Source: Takakia lepidozioides (lineage: Eukaryota > Plantae > Bryophyta). Taken from it: a stretch of 64,000 nucleotides of DNA. Of the stretch, positions 39,329 to 52,590 are shown in pieces (positions within the stretch are counted from its first letter, which is position 1; each line of letters begins with the position of its first letter). The notes beneath the pieces were generated by a model, which did not search any database, was not told the DNA's origin, and saw only the letters and a list, made by a program, of their open reading frames with translations. Location of the stretch: NCBI GenBank assembly GCA_030704615.1, contig CM060733.1, positions 21,204,001-21,268,000 on the forward strand, given 5' to 3'. Made by a program: the position numbers and the translations under genes.

Positions 39329-42300
39329 CAGTGTTGGACTGGTATATAGGTCCAACCCGGGTATCAATAATGATGTCAACCTGGGGTAGGTAAGACCATA
39401 CCCGGTTGGTAGGGAGGGGGGCCAATACCTTGGGCAATACAATATTAGGGGCAAAATATACCTTGCTCCGTACTATGGTGGATACCATATCTGTATGATA
39501 TTGTGATGGACGAGATTGCTGTTGATACCGGTATTGTTGAGATGTGAGCCTCCAAACGACACCGTAGGTGTAGGTGTGGAGTTAGGGCAAGGGAATTCAC
39601 GGACGTATTGCCGTACTAGGAGCAATATATACCTCGGCATTTTGAGTCATGCATCAGTCCATTATATGAGCATAGCATTTTTTGATACTCAATATGCAAT
39701 GTGTGTGAGCTCAATTCTGGTTTTTTGTTTTTGTTTTTTTTTTGTTTTTTTTTTAGTGGTTAATAGGGTTGGAGCCCTGGTTAACTTTATTCTGAAATAT
39801 TTTTGGTGGGCGCGGCCCTTACATAGATGGTTATTGGGAGGGAAAAAATTACACCCTCTGATTACGCCATAAGGCACACACACCGTAGTCAGTGAATCGG
39901 AGCCTAACCACTCATGATGAGTAATAACGAACTATCCGGCTTGAGGCCTTTGGCCTTTTTGCGTAATGCTGCTAAGCGGTGGCGATCCCACCGGATTCAG
40001 TATTGTGTGTTTCTCAAAACCATAGCTGCTAGAGTCAAAAACTAGCTACGGTTAGGCCTGCTCCAGCGGATTGCTTGCCCGACGGACCTAGCGGAAGCTG
40101 AGCCTGGAGGCCTTTGATGATTGCTTAACGTGCTTCCAGTTGATATCCCTGTCAAACTCCGGCGAGGTAGTGGACGGTACCCGTGGCGTCTCTCCAGGCC
40201 CTTGGGGGCAGTTTGTTCCAGTCACATCGATCCGGATTGGGGCTGTTGCAGATGATCCCATTCCGCCCCCAGGTCGCAATGAAGGTAGAGTGTAGGTGGG
40301 AAGCTTGTTCGTCTGATCATGCCCTCTCGATATCTGCACATAGTTTTTTCCACGCTTTCCTGGCTTCAATTTGTATGTCCATGTAGATTTTTGCGAGGAG
40401 TGAGGAAGTTCTAGTTGTTTTTGCATTGAAAGTTTTTTCGCATCTGATTTTCCAGAGGTGCTAGAGCATAGCGCTTCTAAGAGTATCGTAAACTGGGCAG
40501 TGATTGGCTTTCGTTTTTGTTGCTGGGTCATAATTCAGCAGAATGGCCGCCGTTGTGAGGTTTATGTGTCCCCAGGTTCTGTAGAAGCTTGCGACGAGGG
40601 GCCAGACTGCAGCTGGTCCGTGACAATGGAGCAGACAATGCTCTACTGTTTCCATTAGGGCAGCCGAACAGCATTTGTAGAGGAGGGCAACATCAAATCC
40701 CAACCACTCCCCCACTTTTATTGCCTTGTTGGCAATTTGCCAGAGAAACACTGCTACCTTGGCTGGTCTTGTTTTGTTCCAGATCGTCCCCCAGATGGAG
40801 TTCCAGTTTTCAATCTGGAAGTTCAGGTGACTCCATCTTTCGTTCCATTTACCCAATAGGGGCTAGGGGTTCAGCATTGCCGAGTATGCTTTTTTGATTG
40901 TGTACTCAAAAAATGGCTTGGAGGATGGCATGAAATTCCACCGCCACTCTTTGGGATCCATGTCCAGATCCTGTAGGGGTCTCCCCCCTATCCATACAAA
41001 TGTTTGGCTGGCCAGCCAGCTAATCAGGGAAGTGGTGAGCGGTGGGAGAGGGTTCATCTCCTTTGCTGGGGATGACCACCAGCAGACCCTTATGGGGGTG
41101 TGGGTGAAACGAGGGGTGGCTAGGGGTTGACGGATTTGAAGGGTAAGCCTCATGGAGTTCACTTCGCAATGACAGTGATAACTGGAGAATTGGCATTCGG
41201 TTATTCCGGTGACAAACAGAATGGTAATAGTGCTGTCGATTATACCCAGCGTCCAGAAAGTGTCATTGGGCATTACTGGGCCTTTAATAAGGTTAGGTAG
41301 CCACAGTGCAGACACTGATCGAAGAATGGTATCGTATGACTTGGTGGCTTTGACTGCACCTACGGAGGCCGCAATTTGATCTTTAGACCGGAAGCTGGCA
41401 TTCGACCAGATGTGCTTGACCTTATGAATGCCATGAACCTCCCAGGGAGACCATTTGCGAGCCTGATTTTTGTGATCTGTATGTGGGATATTGGAATTGA
41501 GAAACAGGGATTGGCGGAGGGTTTCTTCGTACGATTCCGGTCTGATTTTGTAAGATAGGGCCTGAGCTTGGCCCACGCCTGCCAAATTGCCATCCACAGG
41601 GGGGATCCTACTTGTTTATGTTTGTACCCGTTTACCATCCATCTATAAGAGGGGTTCCAGATAACCGTCTTCAGAGGAGAGGCCAAGGCAATGTTTGTTG
41701 CTTACCAGGTGTTTCCAGGCCCCTCCTTCTGGTCCCATAAATCTGGGGATCCATTTTGCTAGGAGTGCGGTAAACTGAGTTTGTGGGTCTATAATGCCCA
41801 GTCCCCCTTTCTTCTTTGGTAGGCATATCTGCTTCCACGACACCTATGGCCTTTTTTTCTCTGAGGGGTGCTTTGCCCCCCAGACAAAGTTGCGCAGGAG
41901 CTTTTTCATTTCATTCACTTGCATTTCGTTGGGCCTCCATGCTGAGGTGAAATACCATTGGCCAGCTGATAGGACCTGATTGGCTACCAACACCCTACCA
42001 GTTAAAGACAAATGGTAGCTGCCCCAATGAGCCAGCTTGGTTTTAAATCTGTTTTGCGTTGCCTCAAAAATCTGTTGATCCGATAGATCTATGCCATACG
42101 TATAACCTAGCAAGGTTGTTGATTCCCCTGGTTTCAGCCATCTAAGACCTTTATCCTGCCCCCAAGTTGGGTCGACTCCCAGAGTTGAGGCCGAGGTTTC
42201 TCCCACAAGAAGGGCACACGTTTTGCCCTAGTTAACCTTGAATCCAGAGGCCTGGCAGAATGCTTGTAGTAAACTGCTGGCATTATTTAGATTGGAGCGT

Positions 42301-44216
42301 GTGGCCTGTAAAGCTAGGAACGCATCGTCTACGAACATGGATTCCTTAATTTGCTGCGGCTGTCTAGTGAAGTGATTTGTAATATGAAGACCTGTGATGT
42401 GGTGACTTGCCTCCATCATATGGCCCAACGTGTTTGCTGCTATAATGAAGAGGAAGGGAAACAGGGGGCACCCCTGGCGTACCGACTGGAGTAGTGGAAA
42501 TGACTTGGATAGATGCCTATTGAGGAGAGCCCTGCTGGACGACCCCATCAATAGTGTTTGAACCCTTGAGCAGAACTCTTGGGAAATTCCCACCCTGTGG
42601 AGTGCCCCGAGTAGGAAGGACCACTCCACTCTATCGAATGCCTTCTCAAAGTTGCAGGATCTCACCCTCCCCTCCTAAGTGCTTGATTGCCCAGTCCCTC
42701 ACAAATGATCTACCCACTTTCTTACCAGGGAAGTGGACGAGGATTCCGTTGTCTTCCATGCAGGATACCCTGCTTTTGAGGTCTGGCATGTCCACCAGTA
42801 TAATCTAGTGGTCCCCACTGAGGCCTTCCTGCGTGGTAATGAAGTCTTCCCCCACCAGGTCGCCCTCCATCTGATTTTGAAACTGAGTCGCCTCCATCTG
42901 TTGTCTTGTAGGTGTGAACATCGGCTGAGGTTCCATTGCAAGTTGAAGGGCTTGAGTTGAAGGAGGTGGTGGGTCCTGCACAGTGTGTGCAACTGTCGGC
43001 GGATGAGGATTCGTGGTCACTCTTGGAATCAACTGCCCCCTTCTCTCTTTAATCCCCCCGATGGATTGAGTTTGGTGTGCAATAAAGTATCCTGTACTGG
43101 AAGTTGGGCAGGACCTTGGCCAGAAGTGAGGACTGGTGGGCCTTGTTCGATAACCCCTGCCTCGAGTTGAGCTCTGGCCTCTCGAGCTGAATTGCATGTT
43201 CCTTGGTGGAGACATCATTCGCCGATGAGTTGTCTGCAAGTATCAGTTACTGAGAGTAGCCCAGCGATTGCAGCGAGTGCACTTCCGCTTGTCTTGAGAA
43301 TGAGTAGGTGTTGAGCTCAGGGGCTGGCTGGCTGGGGGCACGGGAGTTTGCTAGGCACACTGATTATTAGTTCCTACTGCTAAGCCCCTTCATGGGTTCA
43401 TCTCGACTACGGAGCTCGCCGCTTCGAGTTGATAAGTCATTAATAGAGACGACCACTAGATAGCGCTGCCGACCGTGCTAATGATGAAAGCCGTCGTTGG
43501 GATTCAGGTTCCCAGGATATGACCTGAAGTATGAAGAAACGTGCAATATGGGAGGCTTCCTCGTGGAGTACTCTTTGATCAGCCTGCACCTGTAAATGTC
43601 ATGAGTGTGCTGCAGCTGTTTTAACTCTGGGGGTTTGCTGGATGAGTTGGATGCTGCTGGGTTTTTGCAATTGGGTTGTGGGAATAATACTGTAAATCAA
43701 ATAGTAAGTAATATGAATGAAGAGCTAACAACATGGAGAACCTGAATATCAAAAGTAAAAACACCCTACTGCACTGCAAACTAAGGATATGGGGAGGGCG
43801 AGGGGAGAGAGACGAAGCGACCGTTGAGCGCAGCTCCGCCATTGCCTCTCCCCTCTGGTTAATTCTGGTTATGCGTGCATTGTGTTGTAATTGTGATCGA
43901 GTATGAAGGTCAATCTTTTTTTCAAGTTATTGAATTCTCTTGAACTTGAATATATTGAATATTCCATATACCTACCCGGGCAATATTCATATTCCCCCAT
44001 TCATATATTCCCCCCATATGAGATGGAAAAACCCACTATTGATAAACCCACTATTGATACCATACTGCTATACATCCACAAATTTACATTATTGATACCC
44101 CTCCTATACCCTACCCGACCTCTTACCCCAATACCAGGACCCGTCTTGGGAAATGTGGGCCCTTGTGATACCAGGACCAGTCTGGTATCATATTTTGTGA
44201 TACCAGTCCAACACTA
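39329..44216. mobile_element. Non-autonomous hAT-type element interrupted by a LINE
   Basis: TIR CAGTGTTGGACTGGTA / TACCAGTCCAACACTA; perfect 8-bp TSD GTGTATAC (39321-39328, 44217-44224); GATACC/ATACC subterminal motifs. Confidence 0.85.
39721..43860 (-). mobile_element. L1-like LINE with both ends present but a large internal deletion
   Basis: Poly(A)-like tail (T-rich 39721-39754); TSD AATTCTGG(TT) at 39713 and 43861; FEKAFDRVEW, SVRQGCPL.PFLF, FVDD, WKQICLPKKKGGLGI, ETVEHCLLHC. No endonuclease; ORF1-like sequence abuts RT at ~42655. Confidence 0.9.
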
Positions 44217-44248
44217 GTGTATACCATAACATAAATTAAGATCCTACT

Positions 44249-44400
44249 TGTCCCTTGGGCTGTGTCCCATGAGCCTTGTGCTCTAGAGCCTAATGGCGAG
44301 GTTACTATGAAAGAGGTTATTTCTAATTTGTCCTCTCACTATATTTAAGCCCTCACTAAGCAGTCGCCCAGGTGTTTCCCTTAGAAAGAAATCGAAAAAA
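44249..44400 (+). mobile_element. SINE body/3' fragment
   Basis: CCTTGGGC.GTGTCCCAT...GCCT.ATGGCGAGGTT.CT.TGAAAGAGGTTATTT matches 15793-15850; A-rich end. Confidence 0.6.
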
Positions 44401-44716
44401 CAGATAAGATCATGTATGCGTCTGCAAAGTTATGTTTACTTATATGCCATAAAGATGATACATTATTTCAGGTGCCCGCAATAGAGGTCATATGTGTATA
44501 GATTGATGCATTATATTCTTGTTAGTAAAAATCTAAATAGAGTGCTTGCCAATGGTTTTGATCAAGCAATCAATTTACACCTTGTTGAATGCGATCAGTT
44601 TGATATTTGCTTAACTACTTAACTTCGAGTTCCAAGTTGAACAATAACATAGCTTAAAGGGCCCCTGTGGACCATCTGCGCTAACTCTCTACTTCCTCTC
44701 ATGGATGGAGATTTTT

Positions 44717-46850
44717 TCACCAATAATCGCCACAAGAACAAACCCCATCTTGGAAGTGATGAAAGCGGTTGGTATCCCTTACAACTACTGCTCGTCCAAC
44801 AATCTTAGAGATAAAGTTGGTGGTGGTGTGGCAGTCACCACAAACCCGAAGGTTCGTGATGACATGGCCAGGTGTCCTAGGAGGCGTGCTTATGAGCCCA
44901 AAACAAATGGCAAGCCTCTCACTGTGGTAGCAAAGAGAAAACTTATTTTGCTCCTCCTCCACATCATGCAATACAAAGTGTGTGTCAGGCACATACCCTC
45001 CTCCTTCATTATCCCAGACAATCTCTCGAGCGCCACATGGATTTTGTCAATTTATGGATGCAATTTGGCTTCAGCAACAAATGTATGCAACTGGCCATCA
45101 TGCAGCTGCGCCTAGGCTCCTTTTTCACATGTCTATCCTCCATCAATTTTCTCACCTTTGCTTTATCAGCCCACCTGCCAGTTGCAACATAGATGTTTGA
45201 TAGCAGCACATAATTTCCAGCATCCAGTAGATCACATTTGAGAAGGCACTTCGCCACACGTTCTCCCAGCTCCACATTTCTATTAATTCCGCAGGCACCA
45301 AGCAAGGCACCCCATACTCCAAAATCTGGTTCAATCAGCATTTTGTTAATGAAGTGCTCTGCCTCATCCAACATATCCTGAACGACCAAGAAGGTCCACC
45401 ATGCAGCCAAAATTCTCCACTGTAGGAGTGAGCCCATGCTCTTGACTCATAGAATCAAAGTAGTGATGGCCTTCATCGACAAGGCCCACATGGCTACATG
45501 CAGAGAGAACAGATATAAAGGTAATACCATCTGGCTTCAAGCCTTTTTGTTGCATTTGCTCAAAGAGTTGAATGGCCTCCCAACTACACCCATGCTGACC
45601 ATATCTTGCGATCATACCATTCCATGAGACCACATTCCGTTGAGTCATATTGTCATACACTTGACGTGCATTCTTTATGCTCCCACATTTGGCATACATA
45701 TCAACAAGGGAATTCTCCAGAATGATATCTGGCACAATGCCACTTTTGCCGATGTCTGCATGGACCTGTTTGCCCTTTTCCAAGGCTGACAGGTTGGCAC
45801 ACACATTAAGAATGCAAATGAAGGTGACGTTGTTGGGTGTCACCTGTTCCCAGACCATTCTAGGATAGATCTTGAAAGCCTCCCTACCAGATCCATGCTG
45901 AGCATATCCTGCAATCATGGTGTTCCACGAGACCCAATCTCGTTCAACCATATGATTAAACACTTGACATGCATCCTTCATGTTCCCACATTTGGCACAC
46001 ATTACAACAAGGGCAGTCTCCAGGACAATATCTGGCACAATTCCAGCTTTGCTGATGTCAGCATGGACCTCTTCCCCCTTTTCCAGGGCTCTAAGGGTAG
46101 CACATGCATTTAGGACACAAGTAAATGTGACCCTATCAGGCATGACTCCATACTGTTGCATACGCTCATAGATTTCCAAAGCCTCACTGCCACATGCATG
46201 TTGAGCATATCCTGCAATCATCACACACCATGAGACCACATTTCGCTGAGCCATGTTATCGAACACTTGATGTGTATCCTTCATGCTTCCACAACCTCTT
46301 TACCCTTTTCCAGGGCTTCTGAGCTCCCACACGCATTGAGCATACAAATGAATGTGACCCTGTCAGGTATCAGCCTTCCCGTTGCATTTGCTGGTATATC
46401 TTGAAAGCCTCGATAGCACATCCACGCTGTGCATATCCTGTGATTATCGTGTTCCATGAGTCCAGATCTCGTTTAGTCATGCTATCAAAAACTTGACGAC
46501 GCATGCATACTTCCGCATTTGGAATACATGTCGGCAAGGGCAGTCTCCAAATTCATATATGACGGAATTCCAGTTTTAATGATGTCGGCACGGACCTATT
46601 TGCCCTTCTCCAGGTCTACTAGGCTGGCACATGCTTGCAGAACACAAATGAAGGTCACCCTGTCTGGAGTCATCCCTTCCTGTGTCGTTTTCTCATAGAT
46701 GTCCAAAGCCTCCCTACCACACCCATGCTGAGCATATCCAGCAATAATGGTGTTCCACGAGACCACATTTTTTTCAGCTGTATTCTCAAACACTTGGTGT
46801 GCATCCTTCATACTACCACACTTGCCATACATGTCAACAAGGGCATTCTC
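44717..46850 (-). pseudogene. PLS-class PPR-E-DYW RNA-editing factor, disrupted
   Basis: Tandem P-L-S repeats (LVDMYAKCGS, VVSWN.MI.GYAQHG, PD.VTF..VL.AC); E domain (WGALLGAC, NYVLLSNIY); DYW domain HSERLA, CGDCH, CSCGDYW*. Stop at 46596; frameshifts/deletions near 46380, 46290, 45370 and 45100. Confidence 0.9.
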
Positions 46851-47462
46851 TAAATTAATATATGGCAGGAGATGTGAGAATGGAGATTGATAAAGAGAAT
46901 GTGGGAATCTTCGATGGTGGCACTGTGCGGGTTGACGGCCAGCCGAGAGGGCAAAAGCGGCCTCTCGCGGTCAGAGATCGAACAGATGGTTGGATTGATG
47001 ATGGAGATGTCTCGGCCCATGGAAGGTAAGAATCTAGTTTTCCACTTTGTTTCTGTCTGCACCCAGACACGTGCCTTGTCCCTTTCCTTGTCTGCTTCGC
47101 TCCTTCCTTCTTTGCCAGCTTGTGATTTGGTTCACGCCGAGTTGGTACAAAGAAATGACTATTGAGCTAAATCAATCGCCCGAACTTTGCCACTACTCGT
47201 TTGTGCTTGCGTATGCGTTGAGGATTCTGAAAGGAAAATGGATGTGCCATATCCAGTTGCGATGATAACACCGGGCCTGTTGACCTTCGGCACTTGTCGT
47301 TTGGAGAAAGTAAAACGCCGCTTGAAGACGATGACAACATCACCATGGACAGCAACACATTCCATACTAGGCTCTCACAGCTCAAGGCAGGAGGGATGTC
47401 CTTCTCACAACAAGGAGCAGATGGGAGTTTGGATCACCCCAAAGTTCAGTTGCGGAGCGAGC

Positions 47463-47568
47463 AAGAGGACAATATGTACTTTAGGAGCAAAGATGAGCAG
47501 TCATAGGGTGGAGCTCCTGTGGTCAGTAGACTGCTCATCCTTGCTCCTAAAGTACATATTGTCCTCTT
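47463..47568. repeat. 40-bp near-perfect inverted repeat with 26-nt loop
   Basis: 47463-47502 pairs with 47529-47568 with one mismatch. Confidence 0.85.
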
Positions 47569-49107
47569 CAATGCATCACAAGTCTTCCAAGTGCTTCTCT
47601 GTGGGCACTGTAACCCAGCACAGCCATCCAGTGTGCGAGCTGTCATTCAGGTTCCTCTCCACACCTTGGGGCATTTTATGCTCTTGTCTGACCTTGCTGA
47701 CATTACTCTTTGCAAAGCATGTGATATTGCTGTGCCTCAGGTGCAAATAAGTAGAATTGCATCCAAACTGGGTCTCTTGGATGCTCAAAAGACGTTGGTG
47801 ACATGTTCAGCATGGTATACTTCCAGGCCATATAATAGCTCTTCAATGAAAGCTACACACGGTAGACAATGGTTCATCACAGAAAAGTAGAAGTCCGCAC
47901 CCATGTTTGAAATCTCCTGTCCAGATACATCCTTCAATTGAAGTATAATTGATTTAAGGATGGTCCTGCTTCATTATTGTTCAGGACAAAAGCTTTATCA
48001 TTGATTAATCTCATGGAAGAGATTTACAACTGTCGCCATACTTTCATGATTTCCCCCCATTTCCATCTCTTAGCTGGTAAGCATTTCCAATCATCACTTC
48101 CACAAGATGTCTTAGTTTGTCAGCTGCAGAAATGGTGTTGCACTGTGATGGAAGCTTCCATTCCATAAAGTTGGCGAGTTGAACTCTGGACTAACAACTC
48201 TGGGAGTTAAATCTCTCTCTGGGAGTTGCTCAAGCCTTTATACAGGCACATTTTGTATGAAATTTGCCAGTGCATGTATAGTAAGTCAGATATATGGTTT
48301 ACTCAAGTAATAAAGTATATGTATTCATCAGGCGGAGTTATTGTACCAGTGGAAATGATAGCCTACCTTCACGAGGCACCTTGTCTTCAAGAGTCGTTTG
48401 ATGGTTAATAAAGTGGTTTCTTGTCATTCTACTTTATTCCATGGGCCTTCTGGGGCCCTTAGTGGATGTCCTAAAGTTTTCTTCCTGTGTCTATGGTGAA
48501 CCTTCTGACTAGGACTATTGCTTCAGATGGGGGTCTTCAATTGCGCATTGGGTTTACCGATAGGCAATTTTTGTTCAAGTTCACAGTGTTACTGGATTTT
48601 CAGTCGCTCATAAGGTACTTCTGAAACTAGCAAGGTCCTTACATCTGTGGCTAATTTCAGAGTGTGCATCTCTCTGCTGGTCTTGCCTAGCATTTTTTGT
48701 TTTGGGCTTTGGGCAAAATGTAATTGGCAGCTTCATCCGACAGTTGGTCTTTGGTGATGTTTGGTGAATTCTGATATGAGCTTGTTTTGTTCAAATTTGT
48801 CTCATAAGTCCTGGGTGCTCCCGTAAACTTGGTCCTGTAAGCTCTTTGAGCTTCCCGTGGATTCTATCAAGTAACAGTACATTGCATAATGCCCAATAAT
48901 TAAGACCACGAGAACATGGACTGTGCTTAAAATTCAGTCCAAGCATAGAACTAAGGAGATTGCTCATGTTGCACATGATGCACATGTTTGTTGAAGGGGA
49001 TGGTTGGTGTAAAAAGCTGGATATTGTCCAACCTCTATGGGTAAGGGCTGGATCAATTGCAATGGTATTGTCTACAAGCAACCCATAATGCCTCTTACGC
49101 TAGTGCC

Positions 49108-51030
49108 TGTATTTTCGGTTTTTAAGGACAGCTTGGCAACTTGCAGGATGCAGTATCCTTTTGGAAGTATTCCTTGTGAAGTGGAGATGGAATGTTTGGG
49201 GTGGAGAAATGGCAAGAGGGTGACAGCCGAAGCCATCAAGGACTCTATAGCTACAGTAAAACCTGGATACCAGACAGTGAGACGCATTTGCATGTCTGTC
49301 TACTCTCTCCTTGAAAGGATCAGGGCACATCCAGCTGACAATCCTTTCATGTAAGTAGGTTGCCACGTTGCCACCCAAGTAATGATAAAGAAGCTCAGCT
49401 CTGAATGTTCATGCTCATAAAATCACTGAACCATGCACTGGAGAGGCCATTAGCAAGCTAGAAGGTTATAGAAGAGTGGAAATTAGGGTAAGAGAAGACA
49501 AGCTTGAGAGTGTGGCCATTCATGAATGTGGCCATACATCACACATCAGATGCACTTCTTCGCCAGGGTGACCGAGCGATTGCCAATGTGGAGTATGCTT
49601 GTGTATCTCACCATCTCTCTGTAATTGCTTCGGCTCCTCTTTCTGTATCTTCTCCTCTCCCTGCTCTCCAGTCTGCTCAAGCAACAAACACGTCTTCCAG
49701 GAAGCTCTCAACTTCCTCTTCACATGTTGAGCACAATGTAAATGGTACAGAAATGAATCTTCAGACCGGGCTCTTGAGCGGATCGGGTGTTGGCAATGGG
49801 GACCTTCATGCCATGTATCCTCATAAGTCTCCGTCAGAAACCCTACGAGAGTGGCGGGGAAATTCTGATCATCAAGAAGTAAAATCTTCTGCTCCGAACG
49901 TATCCAACGTGAATTCTGATGGAATTGACGATCCCGAGAACTCTGCGATGGATCAGTCCAAAGGTCTGGGTGGCAGTGTCGAGAGATTTGATGGCTGCCG
50001 ATCTATCCTACAGAGCTGGGAGCGCGGCACTGGCCGTGGGTGATGCAGGGAAGGCCTTACGGCATTTGCGTCTTGCCTCGATTAGGTCAGTTTGCGTTGG
50101 CAAGATGCATGGCATGGGTTGCCACCTTCCAAGTCAGTCCAGTTTTCATCTAATGAATAAGCAATTTTCTGCGTCCTAATCAGAATTAAATTATGGTGAC
50201 ATATTCATGTCACCTGGCTTAGACTTTCCTGTGGCAACTTGGTTTCAGCTACTCCAGTGGATTCGTTAATTGATGAGGGATGGATTTGTCGTCACATATC
50301 CAAATTCCCCACCTCCCTTTTAGAGCAGAGATTCCACTGCAGTGAGGATTCGCTGTCCCTATTTCGTCCTCCTGCATATTTGAGTTTCCTGCCATCATTC
50401 TCTTGATTGGGGGAGGGAAGTTTTGTCACGTTCAAATATCTAGTAGCGTTTCTTGCAATTTTGGGAATTGGATGTTTGTGCTTTTGGTGGGACTCTCTCT
50501 TGATTTTGGAAACACTGGAACGAGATAGGCCAATGGCATTGGAAAAGATTCAGCGCCTCATAACTGCCGCAGCACAGCAGCTAGAGATGCAGGAGGCTAG
50601 GAATAGCCCAATGGGGCTTCGTCCCCTGACCACTTCCCAGCAACAGCAGCAACCAGGGAAGAAATTGGACAGTGGGGAACTGACTCACTCTCTGCTGATG
50701 AAGGTCAGTCTTCTGGAGGCCTGTATGTACATCAACAGCAGACGTGTTTATCCAAGCACAGTTTTCCCCCTTTGCTCATTCCCCCCCCTTTCTCTCAATA
50801 TGTTGGTGTGTATTTACAGCTATGTTGTGATGAAGGTGTTGGCAGTGGGAGATATGGTGGTGGCTGACGAGGCATATCGAGCAGGGGTATCTGCACTGGA
50901 GGGAGGAGATCCTGCAACTGCATTAAAACATTTGCGACAGGCAGTTATTGCCTGCCAGGCAGACCGGCAGGCCGCTTCCAGCAAGATTCAGGCACTTGTT
51001 GAGCAGGCCATCTTTGAACTAAAGCTGTGA
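49108..51030 (+). CDS. Uncharacterised multi-exon protein with two TPR-like helical repeats at the C-terminus (gene may begin near 47240)
   Basis: Exon-like segments ~49108-49351, ~49568-50085, ~50515-50703, ~50836-51030. Internal repeat AD.SYRAG.AALA.GD...ALRHLRLA / ADEAYRAGVSALEGGD...ALKHLRQA, each followed by DR..A..KIQ.L. Integrity uncertain. Confidence 0.55.
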
Positions 51031-52590
51031 TTGGCATGTCACAGGTTTGTCTCTCTCTCATGGTCCTCACCCATTCACAGACTGGAAATAGGTTCAGGGA
51101 AGTTCTAAGCCTAACTTCGTTCAAGGGAGAGATAGAGAGAACTCACTCATGTGAACGTTGGCTTGCCATAGCCTTACAACCATTGAACCACGCGGGAAAA
51201 TGACCCTCCCGCAGCCTTTTGTGAGGTTTGCACTTACCTGGGTTTAGCTTATCCCCGCAACTCAGCTGAAGGTATAAACTAGTCACAAATATCAGAAAAG
51301 GCCATTAGAAAGGTCAATCTGCTTAGTAGCCCTTCTAAAATGGTTGACATACATCGTGGATGTTGGACTACTATGGACTCAACCAATTAACGACCCCTGG
51401 ATATACCCTGTGTAGATTCTGACAGAGTCACAATGATCCACAGTACATTCACCAATATCATGTGCTCACCAATATCAAGTGCTCGTCTTCAAGTTTACCA
51501 ATGGCTTTTTACCAGACAACCCCATATACCCCAAGGAGAGAAGCTTTGAAAAACAAAGCAGCACTAAGCTCCTTTGCACAATCCCCTACTCATAGAAGCA
51601 CGAAAAAGAGGCTGTCACAATCATTATCACCCTCTTTAAAGAGCTCAGGTGACCACAGCACAGGAGAGGCTGAGAAATTACAACTAGAGGCAAATGCACA
51701 TAGGTACAAAGTGTGGGGCTCAACAATCCTGACATGCCCTCCGGACTGCCTTCACGACAAGCCCCTCCTCTGCAACTTGTTCACGATCCTCAGCTAAGAA
51801 ATACTTTAGTCCCAGAACCTCTTCTGGATCAGCAAGTTCTCCGCATGAGTGAGAGGAAATGATTTAATTTGAAGTCAAACTAAATCTTACCTATTACATG
51901 GCCCCCATTGAGGTAAAGACTGCCGTTGCTACAACCTGGCCTAAATCAGCACCCATTGCCTTCGCAGCAGGTATTTTTTGAGGTGGTTCTCACCATAAAA
52001 AATGGCTCCAAAACAAAGAAGAATGGGAATTTAAGGTCACCCAAGAAGGTGACCCTCTTCATTTCACCAGAGTTCGAGACCACTTGTTAGGGTAGGGTTT
52101 GGCATGACACATTGTGCAAAGGGAATTCTATCTATAATCAAGGACTGAACTTCCATACTATCCCAAGCTTTAGCTAAATTGGCAATCAGATCTCCTGTTG
52201 AAAGACAGACCACAAAATGCATCGATCAGTTTTCAACACACGAGTAAACATGTATGAGAAATGAAATGAAATGGTGCTTTATCTAAACCAGCGAGGCGAG
52301 CAAGCAATTCACTTGCCCTTTCATGAAATCACTATACCAGGCATAGTAAACAGAATGTAGGGTTACCAGCAATTTGCTCGATATCTCAATATTATCTCTA
52401 AGAAGAGCCTCTCAGTGAACATGTCTCTTGTCTCTTCCTGATTTAGATAGTCATGTCTGCACATTTACTGCTCATCACATGCCTAGAGCCGCCAAGTCTA
52501 CACTGCTAACTGCTTTATAGTCTCTCTCACATCAAAAGATAATGACAACCGCTAATCAGATTTATGAGAAAGATCGAAGACAACACGTAC

